A stretch of 64,000 nt of DNA. Source: Octopus vulgaris (taxonomy: Eukaryota). The DNA lies in the NCBI GenBank assembly GCA_951406725.2, contig OX597822.1, forward strand, positions 59,830,001 through 59,894,000, written 5' to 3'. A program made the translations under genes and the position numbers. Shown here piece after piece: positions 36,691 to 64,000 of the stretch (the stretch's first letter is position 1; each line of letters opens with the position of its first letter). Under the pieces are notes generated by a model. That model was not told where the DNA came from. It searched no databases and was given only the letters and a program-made list of their open reading frames with translations.

Positions 36691-38420
36691 GTAATTGTAG
36701 TGGCAGTGACAAGTTCAGTGCAGACTAGAAAGGAAGAAAGGCGAAAGTTGACATCGACTTTGCTCGATGTACGAATAGAACACAGTGGTGACATTTAGTA
36801 GAGATGACCCGGAAGTTGTTCCTCTTCGATTTCTATTACAAACAGCAGTAGCTTTCTTCAACTGAATACAGGTCGTTGATTGCTTGAAAATACCCAAATA
36901 CGACAACTTTAACATGAAATAACTTCTGAAATACGAAATTTCGTCAAAAACGTTCAGAGCAAACCGTGTTCTACGTGAGAAATTCTACCAGTATTCGAAG
37001 TTTCAAACTATTTAGTTAAAAATATTAATTAAAAATCAGCGATTGAGATGGAATAGATCCTAGAACCTTTAACGAGGTAGACAAAATGTTTAATGATATT
37101 TCGCTAATAGTTGAGAAGGGGTGAGTTGGCAGAAACGTTAGTACGCCGGGTGAAATGCTTAGCAGTTTTTCGTCTGCCGCTGCGTTCTGAGTTCAAATTC
37201 CGCCGAGGCCGACTTTGCCTTTCATCCTTTCGGGGTCGATAAATTAAGTACCATTTACGCACTGGGGTCGATATAATCGACTTAATCCGTTTGTCTGTCC
37301 TTGTTTGTCCTCTCTGTGTTTAGCCCCTTGTGGGTGGTAAAGAAATAGATATTTCGCTAATAGCTGAGTCCAGATTTAAATTCTGCCGAAGACGCCTTTG
37401 CCTTTATTCCGTATAAAAATTACTCATATTACATATTACATAAAATAGTGTTTTTAGTACTTTAAATTTAATTTTATTTTATAATTGATTTTCATTTAGC
37501 TCCATTTAATCGACACCTCTGAAATCGCATTGCTTCATTCCTTTCTTCCAACAGTTTTTATATTTATATTCAACACACCAGACTTGCAGTTGTGTTAATA
37601 TATATGCATGCATATATATGCATGCATGCATGTATGTATGTATGCGTTTATATGTATATATGTATATATATATATGTATATACACGTGTGTATATGTTTA
37701 TATATATATATACGTGTCTACATGTGTGTGTTATGTATATATATATATATGTATTTATAATTTCTTTATTGCCCACAACGGGCTAAATATAGAGGAGACA
37801 AACAAAGACAGACAAAGATCACATCGACCCCAGTGCGTAACTGGTACTTAATTTATCGACCCCGAAAGGATGAAAGACAAAGTCAACCTCGGCGGAATTT
37901 AAACTCAGAACGTAACGGCAGACGAAATAACGCTAAGCATTTCACCCGGCGTGCTAACGTTTCTGACAGCTCGCCGCTTTCATATGCATGTATTTATGCG
38001 GGTAAGTTTATGCACGTCTATCAATATGCGTGTGCATATGGGCAACAGTATACACAATGGTGGCATTGTATATTTTCTTTCCTTTCTCTTTCCCTTTTCG
38101 ATACTCTTATGAACGATACTGTGTCAAAATTCAAATATTTTTCTATTATCTCTTCTTCCCACCTCAGCACCACACATTTGATTCTTCCTGTTCTTTCTTT
38201 TCTTTTCTTCTTTCTTTAACTAGCAACGGCAAATGTGTGTCAGAAGCGCATTATGTATATAGTGTGAGTATTAACACATACGCACGGAGACGTATTTTGT
38301 ATATATCTATGTGTAGATATATATGTATACATTAGTGTATGTATATATATATGTAGGTCCCGGGTTGAGTCGGGGTTAACCACAGTAAATAAGGTACTCA
38401 ATACATAGCAGAGTAAATTA

Positions 38421-38508
38421 ATTTATTTTATAGAAGGAGCTTCTACAGGACTAGAACTGTTTCATTTGAATGAAACAGTTCTAGTCCTGTAGAAGGTCCT
38501 TCTATAAA

Positions 38509-38514
<6 letters not shown>
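38421..38514. repeat. Near-perfect 94-bp palindrome (46-bp arms, 2-nt loop, 1 mismatch)
   Basis: Read directly from the sequence. Confidence 0.9.
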
Positions 38515-38552
<38 letters not shown>

Positions 38553-38909
38553 GGCAGTTTGTCTGTGCGTGTTTCTGTGTGTCTGTTTGCTTGTACCCTC
38601 ACCCTGACCACGGCTTTCAACCGATTCTGATGAAACTTAACACACACATAGCCCAATGTCATAATTCAAAACTAACGCAGCGAAAATTTTGAAAAGTTCC
38701 CCCAGTTCTGAAAAAAATCGATAAATTCGACATGGGGTCGAGAATCAGAAACACAAACCGCAAACTGTCTAGGGGACGCAACTCCACCTTTTTTTACTCT
38801 CAAAAAAAATTTACCATCATTTTTTGCTATTTTTTGGCTATAACTCTCTAAAAATGCTTTATATTTATTTCCCTTACAAACCTGAGCAACGCCGGGCGAT
38901 ACTGCTAGT
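38515..38909 (+). mobile_element. Non-autonomous Helitron-like element
   Basis: (TA)n-aaacggcagtttgtctgt start; 3' GC-rich hairpin cctgagcaacgccggg followed by CTAG-T. Confidence 0.65.
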
Positions 38910-39199
38910 ATATATATATATATACAATGAAGGCGATTGGCTCACTGGTTAGAACGTCGAGTTTACGATCGTGAGGTTCATTTCACGTTGCTCCAGTTCA
39001 CTCAGTTGCGACGTCACAGGTGCCAACCTGTATCGGCCTTTGCCTTTCCCTTGGATGACATCAGTGGCGTGGAGAGGGGAGACCGGTATGCAGGGGCGAC
39101 TGCTGCTCTTCCATAAGCAAACTTACCCGGAATTGTGCCCGGGAGGGTAACTTCCTAGGTGCAATCCTATGGTCAGTCATGACCGAAGGGCGTCTCAGC

Positions 39200-39276
<77 letters not shown>

Positions 39277-39577
39277 TATGTTTGCTTGTATGTATGCTTC
39301 ACATTTCATATATGTATATGTGTGAGAGAATGAGAGAGAAAGAGATAAAGAGGGAGATTGAGAGAGAGAAAGAGAGAAAGGGGGAATATGTATGTATTTG
39401 ATGAGGAAAACGAAATATGGATTTGCCATAAATCTTTATTCAACGATACAATCGTTCCGACCCATCTTGCATGAGATGTCCCTTTGTATTAAAAAAGCGT
39501 ACTTGTTTATCGATCGAATATTTTTGTTGCAGACATTGAGATGACTTAAATCACACTCCACCACAATTTTACTATTT

Positions 39578-40390
39578 ACTAGCTTAAGGTGACCCGCTCT
39601 ACGCGCGGGTGAGGGTGTGGTTGTTACTTTCTGTTGCTTCCTTTCTGTTTCTTATTGCCACATTCTCCCTCTTTGTTTTTCTCTCCTTTCTCTCTCACTT
39701 TCCCACTCTCTTACTTTTCCTTTCTCTCGGACTCTCCCTCGCTTTCTCTTACTTTCTATCTTCCTCTATCTCTCTCTCCCATTTATAAAAAAACAAAAGA
39801 TCTTGAGTAAGTTGAGAAAAAAAATATTTTGAAAGATCAATCATAAATATCAGCAGTGACAGCGGAAAGCACACTTGCCTTTTGTACGTGCCACTATTTC
39901 AGCGATTAAAAATAAGGATAAAAAGGATTTCTTTGTTAAATTTAGTACTTATTTTGGGAATTTTTCGACGATTGACCATGCAAATGAAAGCTCTAAACAC
40001 GGACTACATGCAGCTGTAAATTTCTTTCAGAAAAAATGAAAACTGTGAACAATGAAAAATAAAAGGTAAAAATACGTAAAAATAAGAAATATTTTCAACT
40101 TCAAAAATCTTGCCTTAATTTTCAAAATTTCGAACCCATTTTCCGCGCTTAAATTACAAATCCGCTTCCACTTTATCATGTTGAAAATTTGATTGAAATC
40201 GGACAAAAGGTGTCCAATCTAGGCCCCCCCAAATGTCCCCAAAAATCAATAAAATCCCCGTTTTCACAGCAAAGCAACCACTGAAGTGCCCAAAAAGTCT
40301 CCCAATCAATTTCTCACCTCAAGTTACCCCCTCCTGTAAACTTTAATCCCCTTCTAGCCCCATTATTTATTGACATCAATGATGCGGCGA
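39578..40390 (-). mobile_element. Helitron-like element (3' end at 39578; 5' limit uncertain)
   Basis: Minus strand ends cccgcgcgtagagcgggtcaccttaagCTAGt (hairpin plus CTAG). Confidence 0.55.
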
Positions 40391-41489
40391 GATATAATGC
40401 ATTTAGAAAGTTGTAAAAGCAATTTATATATTTTTATTCAAATCTCTGTGTTTTATTTGTTGTTCATTTGATATAGTAAATTCATTTTAAGCTTATTTTT
40501 TTAATATCTGAACTTCGTTTGAACATATAAATTTGATTAGCATAAAATTTTACTTATGTGATAGGGTCCGGAAAAGCACCATAAGCAATACTAACATGCT
40601 CCTTAAGAACCAACAAATGTTAGTTTATACCCCTCACATTTTTAAGACAAACAAGACCCCTGCCCGCACCTAATGAAGTCTAATTTACGCACGTTGGTTA
40701 AAATCTGTAAGGTTGCTTCTGTGTCAATTCATAACATAAAAATTGAACACTGCTAACGCCTCATTAATTCATTAGTACAACTATTTTCCAAGAATGCGTC
40801 ATGTATGTACATTGGTGTATCCGAATTAATAAAACTCTTACTAATACTACCTATATGCACAGCATCACCGTCGAAGGCTGAAGAACAAATGTTGCTGATG
40901 AAATCTCAAAACTGGTCCAGCTGATCCCATTTCCTCTCTCTACAGTAAGGTTGTATAAAACGACAGTTGTTAACAATTGTCCAGTTTATTTCGCAATGAC
41001 TCATTTACTCATTAATTGTTGACTAAAATTTATAGTTTTTTAAAAATTTTGTTTAGTACACTTTAACATCAAAAAGAACGTTCCTAAAACGTCAGTAATA
41101 CATATAGCACAGAGAGAGGGAGAGAGAGAGAGAGCGGGGGGAAAGGAGAGAGAGAGACAGATAGATAGACAGACAAATAAAGAGAGATAGTGGGGGTGCA
41201 TCGGATAGAATGCCTTCCAGATATTTGTTCCAAATCTCTTAGTTTTGTCTTCGAATCCAGCTGAAAGCAACATCGATTTTATTTAAACAGGTAACAGTCC
41301 CGTACACTTGATAGGTAGAATTATTAGTGTGTCAGACAAGATGCGGCCTTGCGCTATCTGCGTTCTGATGTTAACGGCTACCACAATACGGGTGCCAAGG
41401 TGACGGAACGTTGCATTTCTTTTGGAAAACATCGGTAGCGTGGAGGAAGGCTTTGCATGCATGGGTCACTATTAGTTTAATACTAATGA

Positions 41490-42120
41490 TAATAATTTAT
41501 TTTATTCGCCACAAAGTCGGTACTCGCAGAATCAATTTTTGAAAGAAAAAAAAGCAAGTATGGAAAACAACAGTCTAAAAAAATGCATTTGATCAAGTGA
41601 CAAACATCTGCGACCAATAAAGGAAACGCAAGGACCTAAAAATATCCTGACACTAAGGAGCAAGTTCTTTCTCTACCGGTGGTGTCTTTCTCTACCACAA
41701 GAGCAAGCAGACAATTTGCCCATTTACTTGGACCATTCTAGACACTCTAACCCACTTTTCAGCAAATTCACTGGGGTGCAATATTTTGTTCACCGTATCT
41801 CCTTCTTCAAGTAGTACTCGAAAATGTTCATGAGGATTTTCATGAGGAAAGTTCCTGTCTTCAATATTATCAATCCTGTCAGCATAAAGTCTGTCTCACC
41901 ACAACTACTTAACAGAGGAGAACTTCCTGCTCTTCACAAATAAAGCGTCCAAGCATTGCTGTCTCAGGATGAAGATAATAATGCTCGGACACCAAACGAG
42001 TAAAAGAATGGTTTCGTCGATCTGGGTGCATCGTGGACAGGCTTTGTTGGAAACAATTTCGTACTTTATTCTGACCCGGTACAGCTGAGCCAGATATCTC
42101 CAAAGGTTGTCTATATTTCT
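41490..42120 (-). mobile_element. Old, decayed Tx1/L1-like LINE 3' end
   Basis: cttcaagtagtactcgaaaatgttcatgag resembles the 62062 region; remnant ETAMLGRF. Confidence 0.4.
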
Positions 42121-42594
42121 GGAATCAAAATTCTCTTCAATAAACTGTTCAACAACAACAAAATAAATATTGTATAATTATAATTACTTATTTCTAATAT
42201 GCTTTTTATATTTACTCTAAAAGCATAAATGATTTGTTCGCCTACGTTCATTTTGTTTACATTAAAAGTATAAAACTCCTACATATTTAGAAATTACTCT
42301 GTTACTAGACTTTACAACAGTAAAATTTATTTTTAATCATTTCCTATCCTCACCTTCATCCCTGTTTTTGCAACTGTTGTTGTTGTCGTCAACGTCGTCG
42401 TCGCCCTTATTGTTGTTATCCTTTTCCTCACTATCCCCTCTATCCCCCATGCTTACCAATATGATCCCTGTCTGGTACAGTTAGAAAAACAAATATCTAC
42501 AGATCCATTTTCATTGGTCATCTGGCGCAACATTCAAACCCGTGCAATTGTGTGTAAACTTTGGGATACGCTATTGTTCCCACTGACCATATCC

Positions 42595-42602
42595 TATAAA
42601 TA
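42595..42602 (+). promoter_or_regulatory. Candidate TATA box of gene B
   Basis: cc-TATAAATA-ctggg about 230 nt upstream of the ATG at 42827, in non-repetitive sequence. Confidence 0.45.
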
Positions 42603-42826
42603 CTGGGCTTTCTCACGTTGCCTCCCAAAATTGCCTTGTTTGTTCACCGGACTTATTCAGAGAATTCAGTGAGTTCATTTTCACACCGGAGCTCCCTGTG
42701 AGTTTAAGTCGCTGTTCAATACGTCGACTAGCGTCGCCTTTGCAAGGACGAGGGGACTAGTGATAATTATACATACACTGTATATATCTAAAAGCTCATA
42801 AGACAATTCTGAATAAGGCAATCAGC

Positions 42827-56646
<13,820 letters not shown>

Positions 56647-59600
56647 ACAAGGAAACAGAATTTCTATTATTCCAAATAATTTCCCCTGTAGTATGAGAAT
56701 ATGAAGAATCCATTGTACCATATGATAATGACGGTTTTAATTTGCACATATACTAATGAATATTGGTTTTCTGCAGCGATTATTTTCTTTCTAAACATAC
56801 ACATATATATGTTTCATCTTTAATGTATTAATATTCCTGTCTAATTCATATGCTTTATCCTGTGGTTCTTTGTCACAATTCTTCTGGAAGCGTTTGCAAC
56901 CAAATTTATGCACTACATATCCAATAAATGAAACAACAGAACCCATTTCAGATTAGATGAATTAATATTGCTATGAAAATGAAATAAACAAATTACCAGG
57001 CTAATTTTAACAGTATGTCTTTGTTTTTCTTGCTTTTTTGCCTTTATTTCTCTTTACATATTTTCCCATCCTTTCCAATCAAGTTTTCTTTGTTGTTTCT
57101 TCAGACATGTCTCTGTCACATAAATATCAGAACCAGTGCTGAGATCACACGATGATATGCATTTTGAACACAGTTATCTATATTTTTTCTGAATAAACTT
57201 TAATATACTATACAGATAGATTTAAATATATAAGCATGATTTTGCATCCACCACCATACAACAAAGAAGCTCCCACTGTTAGGCACTAAATCTTTCTCAA
57301 ATTACTTTATTCAATACGTAAAAACGCTTACTGAACAATGCAGTCTAGTCTTAGATATGCATTGTCTTAACAAAGAAATTGTCAAGTGTAGCTGGAATGT
57401 TTTTAGTTATAGGTCTGCTAGATAAGGACTGACTTGAGGTTACATAACCACAACAGGACAATTTGCTTTTGCTTATGAAGAAGCTTTTGCTGTTCATTGT
57501 GTTTTACGATTTTTGTAAAGGACAGTAGTTACCTTATTGATTACTGTCTATAAAATGTAAAATCTATGTTATCAATGTCCAGCAGCAGTTAATCAATTGC
57601 ACATTATAAGATGGAATCTTTAGTAATGATACAATTTCTATAAGAGACATTACCAGCTGGAAAACAAGCTTTTAGATTGATAACGACATGTTTCAGGAAA
57701 ACTTTCCTAAAACGGGTACCTTGGAGAATTTACCACTGTTGGCACCAGAATATAGACAGTCTGATTATTTTTATGACAAAAATTCAAAAAGTGTAGTGAT
57801 ATTCTATTTCAAAAAGTGTAGTGATATTAATTCAAATTAATGTTTTTCCAGCTTCCATTGATCATTCGGTCGATTGATCACTGGATGAATGAATGAATGG
57901 ATGGAAAGAGGAGGAGGTGATTGGGGAGAGGAAGGATGAACACGTACATTCGTACATACAAATATGAATGGATGGATAAATATATGCATTCATGCATACA
58001 TATGAATGTATGCATGCATTCATATAGAAAGGATAAATAAACAACACATAACAACCAATAGTTTTCAAACTTAAATTTATTTCACTTCAAGAGAACATAA
58101 ATTGGCATATTTGATGCATTTGAGAAAAACAATTTCAGTTGGATATCGTAAAAATAGTTCAATTTATATATCAACAACCTGAAAATTACCTGTTTTATTT
58201 TACTTCAAATAATTTCAAGTGAACTTGAATTATTTACTGATTTATTATTTGCTTTTCACTGATGAGGAATAGACATTTTAGAACTGGACTTTGTACATAC
58301 ACGGGTTACAGATTTGGTTGTACTTTCAAGATCATTATCTACAAAAGAATTTAGATTTTTAAAGTTCTTATAAAATAAATCTAATTTGTTTAGTTCATTG
58401 CATTCAGAGTACTCTGTCAAATGTAATGTTTATTCATATTACTTAGAATTAATCACGTATTATAAGTCTCACGTAAATCGGACAACTGGTTGCTGAGATA
58501 TTACGGGTTTTCGGGGTAAAACGGTACATAATAGGAAAATACTCCGAAAATAGCTTAACCCTGAAAGAGAAGAAACTCTAACCTTTCGAATAGACACAGT
58601 GACTTGACAACGAGAAAATACGACTTGTTTTTTATAGTAAATGTTTCTATTTTCGCTTTTGGTAAATACAATATCTTAATCATTTAGAAATATTCTTAAG
58701 CGAATATGATTTCAAAAATGTGTCTTGCTTGAACAATATGTATTTATATTTTAGCTTTCTTTCAACAGACAGTATTTTAATGATTTCTAAAATTATTTTC
58801 AAATAAATACCATTTCAAAATATTTTTGGCATATTTAAAGAATATTTTAAAGTGAAAATGGCTTTAAAAATACGGTAAATATTTCGTAAAAGACCCGTTC
58901 GTAACCTCGGTGTGAAATAATTTTTTCCATAGGTTATTTTCGAGTGCATTCAACGTATCTCACCTCCAAAGATTTGGCTGCTATTCCTAGCAAGCCCTGC
59001 TAACACGTAAAGGACCCGAAATACCAGTTATGTGGTAGCAGGGCATGCAAGAAATAACAGCCAAATTTTGTTCTTTTCTGAGGAAAGAAGCCGTTTCGCT
59101 GATGCTTTCAACGAAGTTGACATTGAAATCACGCGAAATAACCTGGAAAAGAAAAACAAAACACGAAACAAAACTCAGTTGTTAGGAAAATCAGACTTAC
59201 CCAGTGACCCAAGCAATTCACTACCGGTGACCCGACGGGTCACCGGTCGTGAAGTAGTCGATAAAGATGAAGACATCAGAATATAACTAGTCAGGTTTAA
59301 TCAAAACCTAGAAATTTATCCTGTAGTCATTATTATATAAAATTTTCAGGTCTAACATATTCTGCAGTATATGATAAGGCCCCTCTGTTGTAGCATTATC
59401 TGCAAGAAACAGCTGCAAAAGTCATCTTTCAATCACAAATTAACTAGAAAATATGAAACATCATTAAGGTGGGTTCATCTATATGACAACAGAGAAATAA
59501 ACCAACAACATGTCATATATCTTTTACTTGTTTCACTCATTTGACTGAGGACATGGTGCACTGCCTAGAAGTGTTTCGTCAAACAAATCATCTCCAGTAC

Positions 59601-59983
59601 ATTTTAAAGGTTAGAACGTATTCTTTATTGGTCTTTTGCTTAACTGTTAGGTTACAGGGATGTAAACAAACCATCACAGGTTCTCAGACAGTGTGGTTGG
59701 GTGGAGTAGATGAAGAAAGACTGATAAAATATATTGGCAAGAAATCTTGAAATAAAATTGAATAACACACGCACAGAAGCACACGCGCGCACACTCACAA
59801 ACAACCATACACGCCCACACGCGACACGTATGCACGCACATACACATGCAGACACGCACACACACGCAAAGACACACACACAAGCACACACACAAGCACA
59901 CACGCATACACACACACATACACACACACACACACACACATACATACATACATACATACATACATACATACATACATACATAC

Positions 59984-60014
<31 letters not shown>

Positions 60015-60987
60015 CAGTCAGGTGACTGGTACATGTTTTCTAAATAATTTTTCCTGATTGTAATTGAGGTTGCTAATAAATAATAATGGATAATATTTGG
60101 ACTTTAACAATCAATATCCTTCCTTCTGTTGTATTGCAAGTCAACTGTCTTCTAACACTGTCTTAATTAAGTAATTTTCAATTTTCAAAAACTGATGTTT
60201 AAGATGGTTTAAAATGAATCATGAATAATTTCAAAAGTGTCTTCTCTTTAACTGCACGGTACGGAAATATATCAGTAAGAGAGCCACTCCAGAAGTTCGT
60301 GAAGAAACTATAATATTTTGCGTTGATTTTGTTGATTTATTCGAGTTTCGGTAATTTCGTCCTATGTGTCATTTTTCCGTGATCCTCCTTCATTTAACAT
60401 AGATATCTTAAATATTTGCTGCATTTCTGATCTTCCTGATGTCTAAATTAGGATATTGATGTGTATGAGTTTGTTTTCAAATGTAATTCTGGAGAACTGA
60501 AGAGGCACGTTTACTTGAACTTGGGTTACTCATTTTGCCCCAGCTAAATTTATCTATGATGTGCTCAAAGAGAACGGTGATAATTTTCTGAAATTTTGGT
60601 CATATTATTTTATGATGCTTTTAATGCATTTTGGGAAGATCATTTGCTTAGCTGATATTGTTTTTGCAAGGTTGTGAACAGTTGTAAAAAATACGTCTTC
60701 TTAAAGTCAATCATGCAGTAAAAATCCCTCATTGTGCACCACCCATGCCTGTTGAAAACGAAAACTATTTATAAATTTCCTTTAAAACAAGTTAAGTACA
60801 ACAATTCATTTTCTTTCTATTTGTGATAAATTTACATCTTTTAATAGAACATACATACGTGTTAACTATATACCAAAAATGTTGGAATCTGGCTCCCTCC
60901 TCAGTGGAAAATTTATAAAAATTAAAGAATAGAAGAGACATACATATATACATTCATAAGGAAAGAGTGACAGAGAGAGGGAGTGCG

Positions 60988-61080
<93 letters not shown>

Positions 61081-61407
61081 GTGTGTTCGGTGAGAGCAAG
61101 CTAAACAGTGACTGAACGCATCTGCTGTGTCAGTTGATTTGTGAATTTCCACGCTCTTCATTCAGGACAAACAATCGATTAAAAGAATGAGTTCTCAAAT
61201 GGTATGAAAATCTGAAAGGATTGAGAGGAAACAATTGAAGTGGACAGGGTCTGAGTCATTTAATTTAATTGTGTATTGGGAAAGAGATCGAGTTAAAAAA
61301 AAAAAAAACATAGGCAGGTAGATGCATAGACAGAGAGAGAGAGAGATAGGCTGACTGACACACAGACAGGTAGATAGATAGATAGAAAGATAGATAGATA
61401 GATAGAT

Positions 61408-61457
<50 letters not shown>

Positions 61458-61484
61458 TAGATAGATCGATAGATAGATAGATAA

Positions 61485-63042
61485 GTTTCTTTATTGGCCA
61501 CACAGGGCTGCACACAGATGGGACAAGTTACAAGGTAGAGCTTTTCTTTTGGGGGATGAAGAAAACAAACAAAAAAAAGGGGGTGGCGTAGGTTTTCGAT
61601 CAAGAGGGATCGTAAAAGGGAAGAAAAGAACAAAGAAAAATAAATAAATAAATAAAATAAAAAATAAAAAGAATAAAAAAAAAGGAAAAGGAAAAGGAAC
61701 AAGAGAAAAGAGAAATGAAAAAAGAAGAAAAAAGGGGAAAAAAAGGGGAAGAGGAAAAAAAAGAACGATCAATAGGAATCGTGTATCACAGTGTTATGAT
61801 ATATGGTTTAAAGGGGAAAGCAAGTAAGGTTTATCCGTGGGAAGAAAAGCCTACGAAAAAGACCACGGTAACCTTGGTCAATATTGTTATATGTTACCAC
61901 ATTTGTTTGCAAGTGGGTAACCCTCTCTTTTCAATTTCTGGGTTCATAGGATTATGCTCAAGGTGGCTTCGTCATTCATACGTGCCATCCTTGCTACATT
62001 CACCCATCTTTTTTTAAAACATTCGCTAGACAAAACTTGCCTCTCTACTCTCACTTTCCTCTTCAAGTGATACTTGAAGAAGTTGATGAGAGATTGACCA
62101 GAGAGGAAAGTGTTTGTCTCTAATCCTTTAGGCGCGTCCACCAGATACATTCTTTCGCCATAGCCACAAGTATGATAAAAATAGCTCTTCCTTCTCGTTT
62201 GAAGGAAGGAGGCGTGACGATATTAACGATAGACTCGGCTGATAAACCGACACTTCCCACACGTGACAGCAGTCGTTCGACATAAGCCCACAGGTCGGAG
62301 ATTGTTGGACACTGCACGATTGCGTGCAGAACGGTTTCTTCACTCTGCCCGCATCTCGGGCAGATCGGCCCCGTGTTTCTCGAGCCATGCCTATAGAGCT
62401 TTTCCCGAACGGGTAGCGCTTCCCGGTAGCACCACCAGGCCAGGGATGTCTGGAAGTTGTCCATAGGTCCCGGCCCGAAAGTCATTTCAAACAGGTGGGT
62501 CAGGTATTCCTCGTCGACGCCCAGGTTTACCCCAAGATCGTCGTCGTACCTCCCCTCCACTAATCCCCTGTAGAATGCTTTGGTTGTGTTGAAGTTACTC
62601 AAGGTCGTCCCGGGACGGCAGAGTTGCTTGAGAGCAACGCGACACTCGCGATGCCATTCGCACTTCCTCGGCTTCTTTTTGATCCACGACTGCAGTTCGG
62701 TCATGGAGACGAGCTGCGGGAATGCGTGCCTCACATACGGCGACCACACCTGTTCACCGTCGTCTACATAGAGCCGGAGATGTCGCAGTCTCAGCGCGTG
62801 TCTGTGCATCATCAACCACGGCATGCCCAGCCCTCCTTTTAACGGGTGTTGACAGCAAATGGATCGCCTGACCATCGGGACGCATCCTTTCCACAAGAAG
62901 CGGAAGAGAATGCGTTCTAGTTTGGTGATGGTAGGGTCGGGACAAGGTACGACGGTCAGGCGGTAGTAGATGATGGACGCGATGTACGTGTTCGCCACCT
63001 CCGCCCGACCTTTTAGGGACAGTTTCCTCTCGGCCCATTGCC

Positions 63043-63043
<1 letters not shown>
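61485..63043 (-). mobile_element. Tx1/L1-clade LINE, 5'-truncated copy 1
   Basis: W..RKLSLKGRAEVANTYIAS...FLWKG...GGLGMP...CPRC...ETVLHAIVQCP (L1/Tx1 ORF2 C-terminus with CCHC-type finger); both ends in (GATA)n. Confidence 0.88.
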
Positions 63044-63115
<72 letters not shown>

Positions 63116-63116
63116 T

Positions 63117-63585
63117 GTTTCTTTATTAGCCACACAGGGCTGCACACAGACGGGACACATTACAAAGTAGAGCTTTTCTTATCTTGGAGAAAAAAAAGTG
63201 GGGTAGGTTTTCGATCGTAAGAGGGAAAGAAGAAAAAAAAATGAAAATAAACAAAAGAAAAGAAAAAAGGGAAGAAAAAAGAAAGGAAAAAAGGAAGAAA
63301 AAAACGGTCAATAGGGATCGTGTATCACAGTGTCATGATGTACGGTGTAAGGGGGGAAACAGATAAGGTTTATCTGTTGGAAGAAAAGCCTACGGAAAAG
63401 ACCACGGTAACCTCGGTCAAAATTGTTACATGTTACCACACTTGTTTGCTAGTGGGTAACCCTCTGTTTTCAATTTCTGGGTTCATAGTATTATGCTCAA
63501 GGTGGCTTCGTCATTCATACGTGCCATCCTTGCTACATTCACCCATCTTTTTTTTTAAACATTCGCTAGACAAAACTTGCCTCTA
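63117..63585 (-). mobile_element. Tx1/L1-clade LINE, 5'-truncated copy 2
   Basis: Near-identical to the 3' part of copy 1; (GATA)n on both sides. Confidence 0.85.
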
Positions 63586-63614
63586 TAGATAGATATATAT
63601 ATATAGAGATAGAC

Positions 63615-63669
<55 letters not shown>

Positions 63670-63686
63670 GATAGATAGATAGATAT

Positions 63687-64000
63687 GTTTCTTTATTAGC
63701 CACACAGGGCTGCACACAGACAGAACAAATTACAAGGTAGAGCTTTTCTTTTGGGGGTAAAAAAAAAGGGGGTTGGTTTTCGATCAAAAGGGATCGTAAA
63801 AGGAAAGAAAGAGGACAAAAAAAGGGGAGGATTTAAAAAAATAAAAAATTTAAAAATAAAGGGGGAGAGGGAAAAAAAAGAAAAAAGAAAAGGGGAGAGG
63901 AAAAAAGTTGATCAATAGGGATCGTAATCACAGAAATGTCAATATGAAGTGTACAGGGGAGGACAGGTGAGGTTTACCCGTGGAAAGAAAAGCCTACGGA
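63687..64000 (-). mobile_element. Tx1/L1-clade LINE copy 3 (continues past the window end)
   Basis: Same 3' end ctgtgtgcagccctgtgtggctaataaagaaac followed by (TATC)n. Confidence 0.85.

Overview
AT-rich, microsatellite- and retroposon-dense eukaryotic DNA; the SINE families and repeat landscape suggest an octopus (coleoid cephalopod), which is inference. The main content is two tandem, same-strand, multi-exon paralogues: gene A (2727-20856, 5' exons outside the window) and gene B (42827-56646, apparently complete, 10 exons, 690 aa by my splice model). Both encode a Notch-ligand-type N-terminus (C2/MNNL domain, divergent DSL domain; signal peptide seen in gene B) and an EGF array (17 vs 11 repeats). 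Instead of a transmembrane anchor, both end in an 18-nt micro-exon linker and a chitin-binding type-2 (CBM14/peritrophin-A) domain. The exons I compared have diverged more than an adjacent intron, and the EGF arrays were remodelled independently. The rest of the window holds three tRNA-derived SINE families, a decayed Tc1 (DD34E) transposon, RTE, CR1-like, CRE-like and Penelope fragments (some with minimal hammerhead-ribozyme motifs), Helitron-like elements, MITE/foldback hairpins and three Tx1/L1-like LINE 3' ends stacked in a (GATA)n tract.
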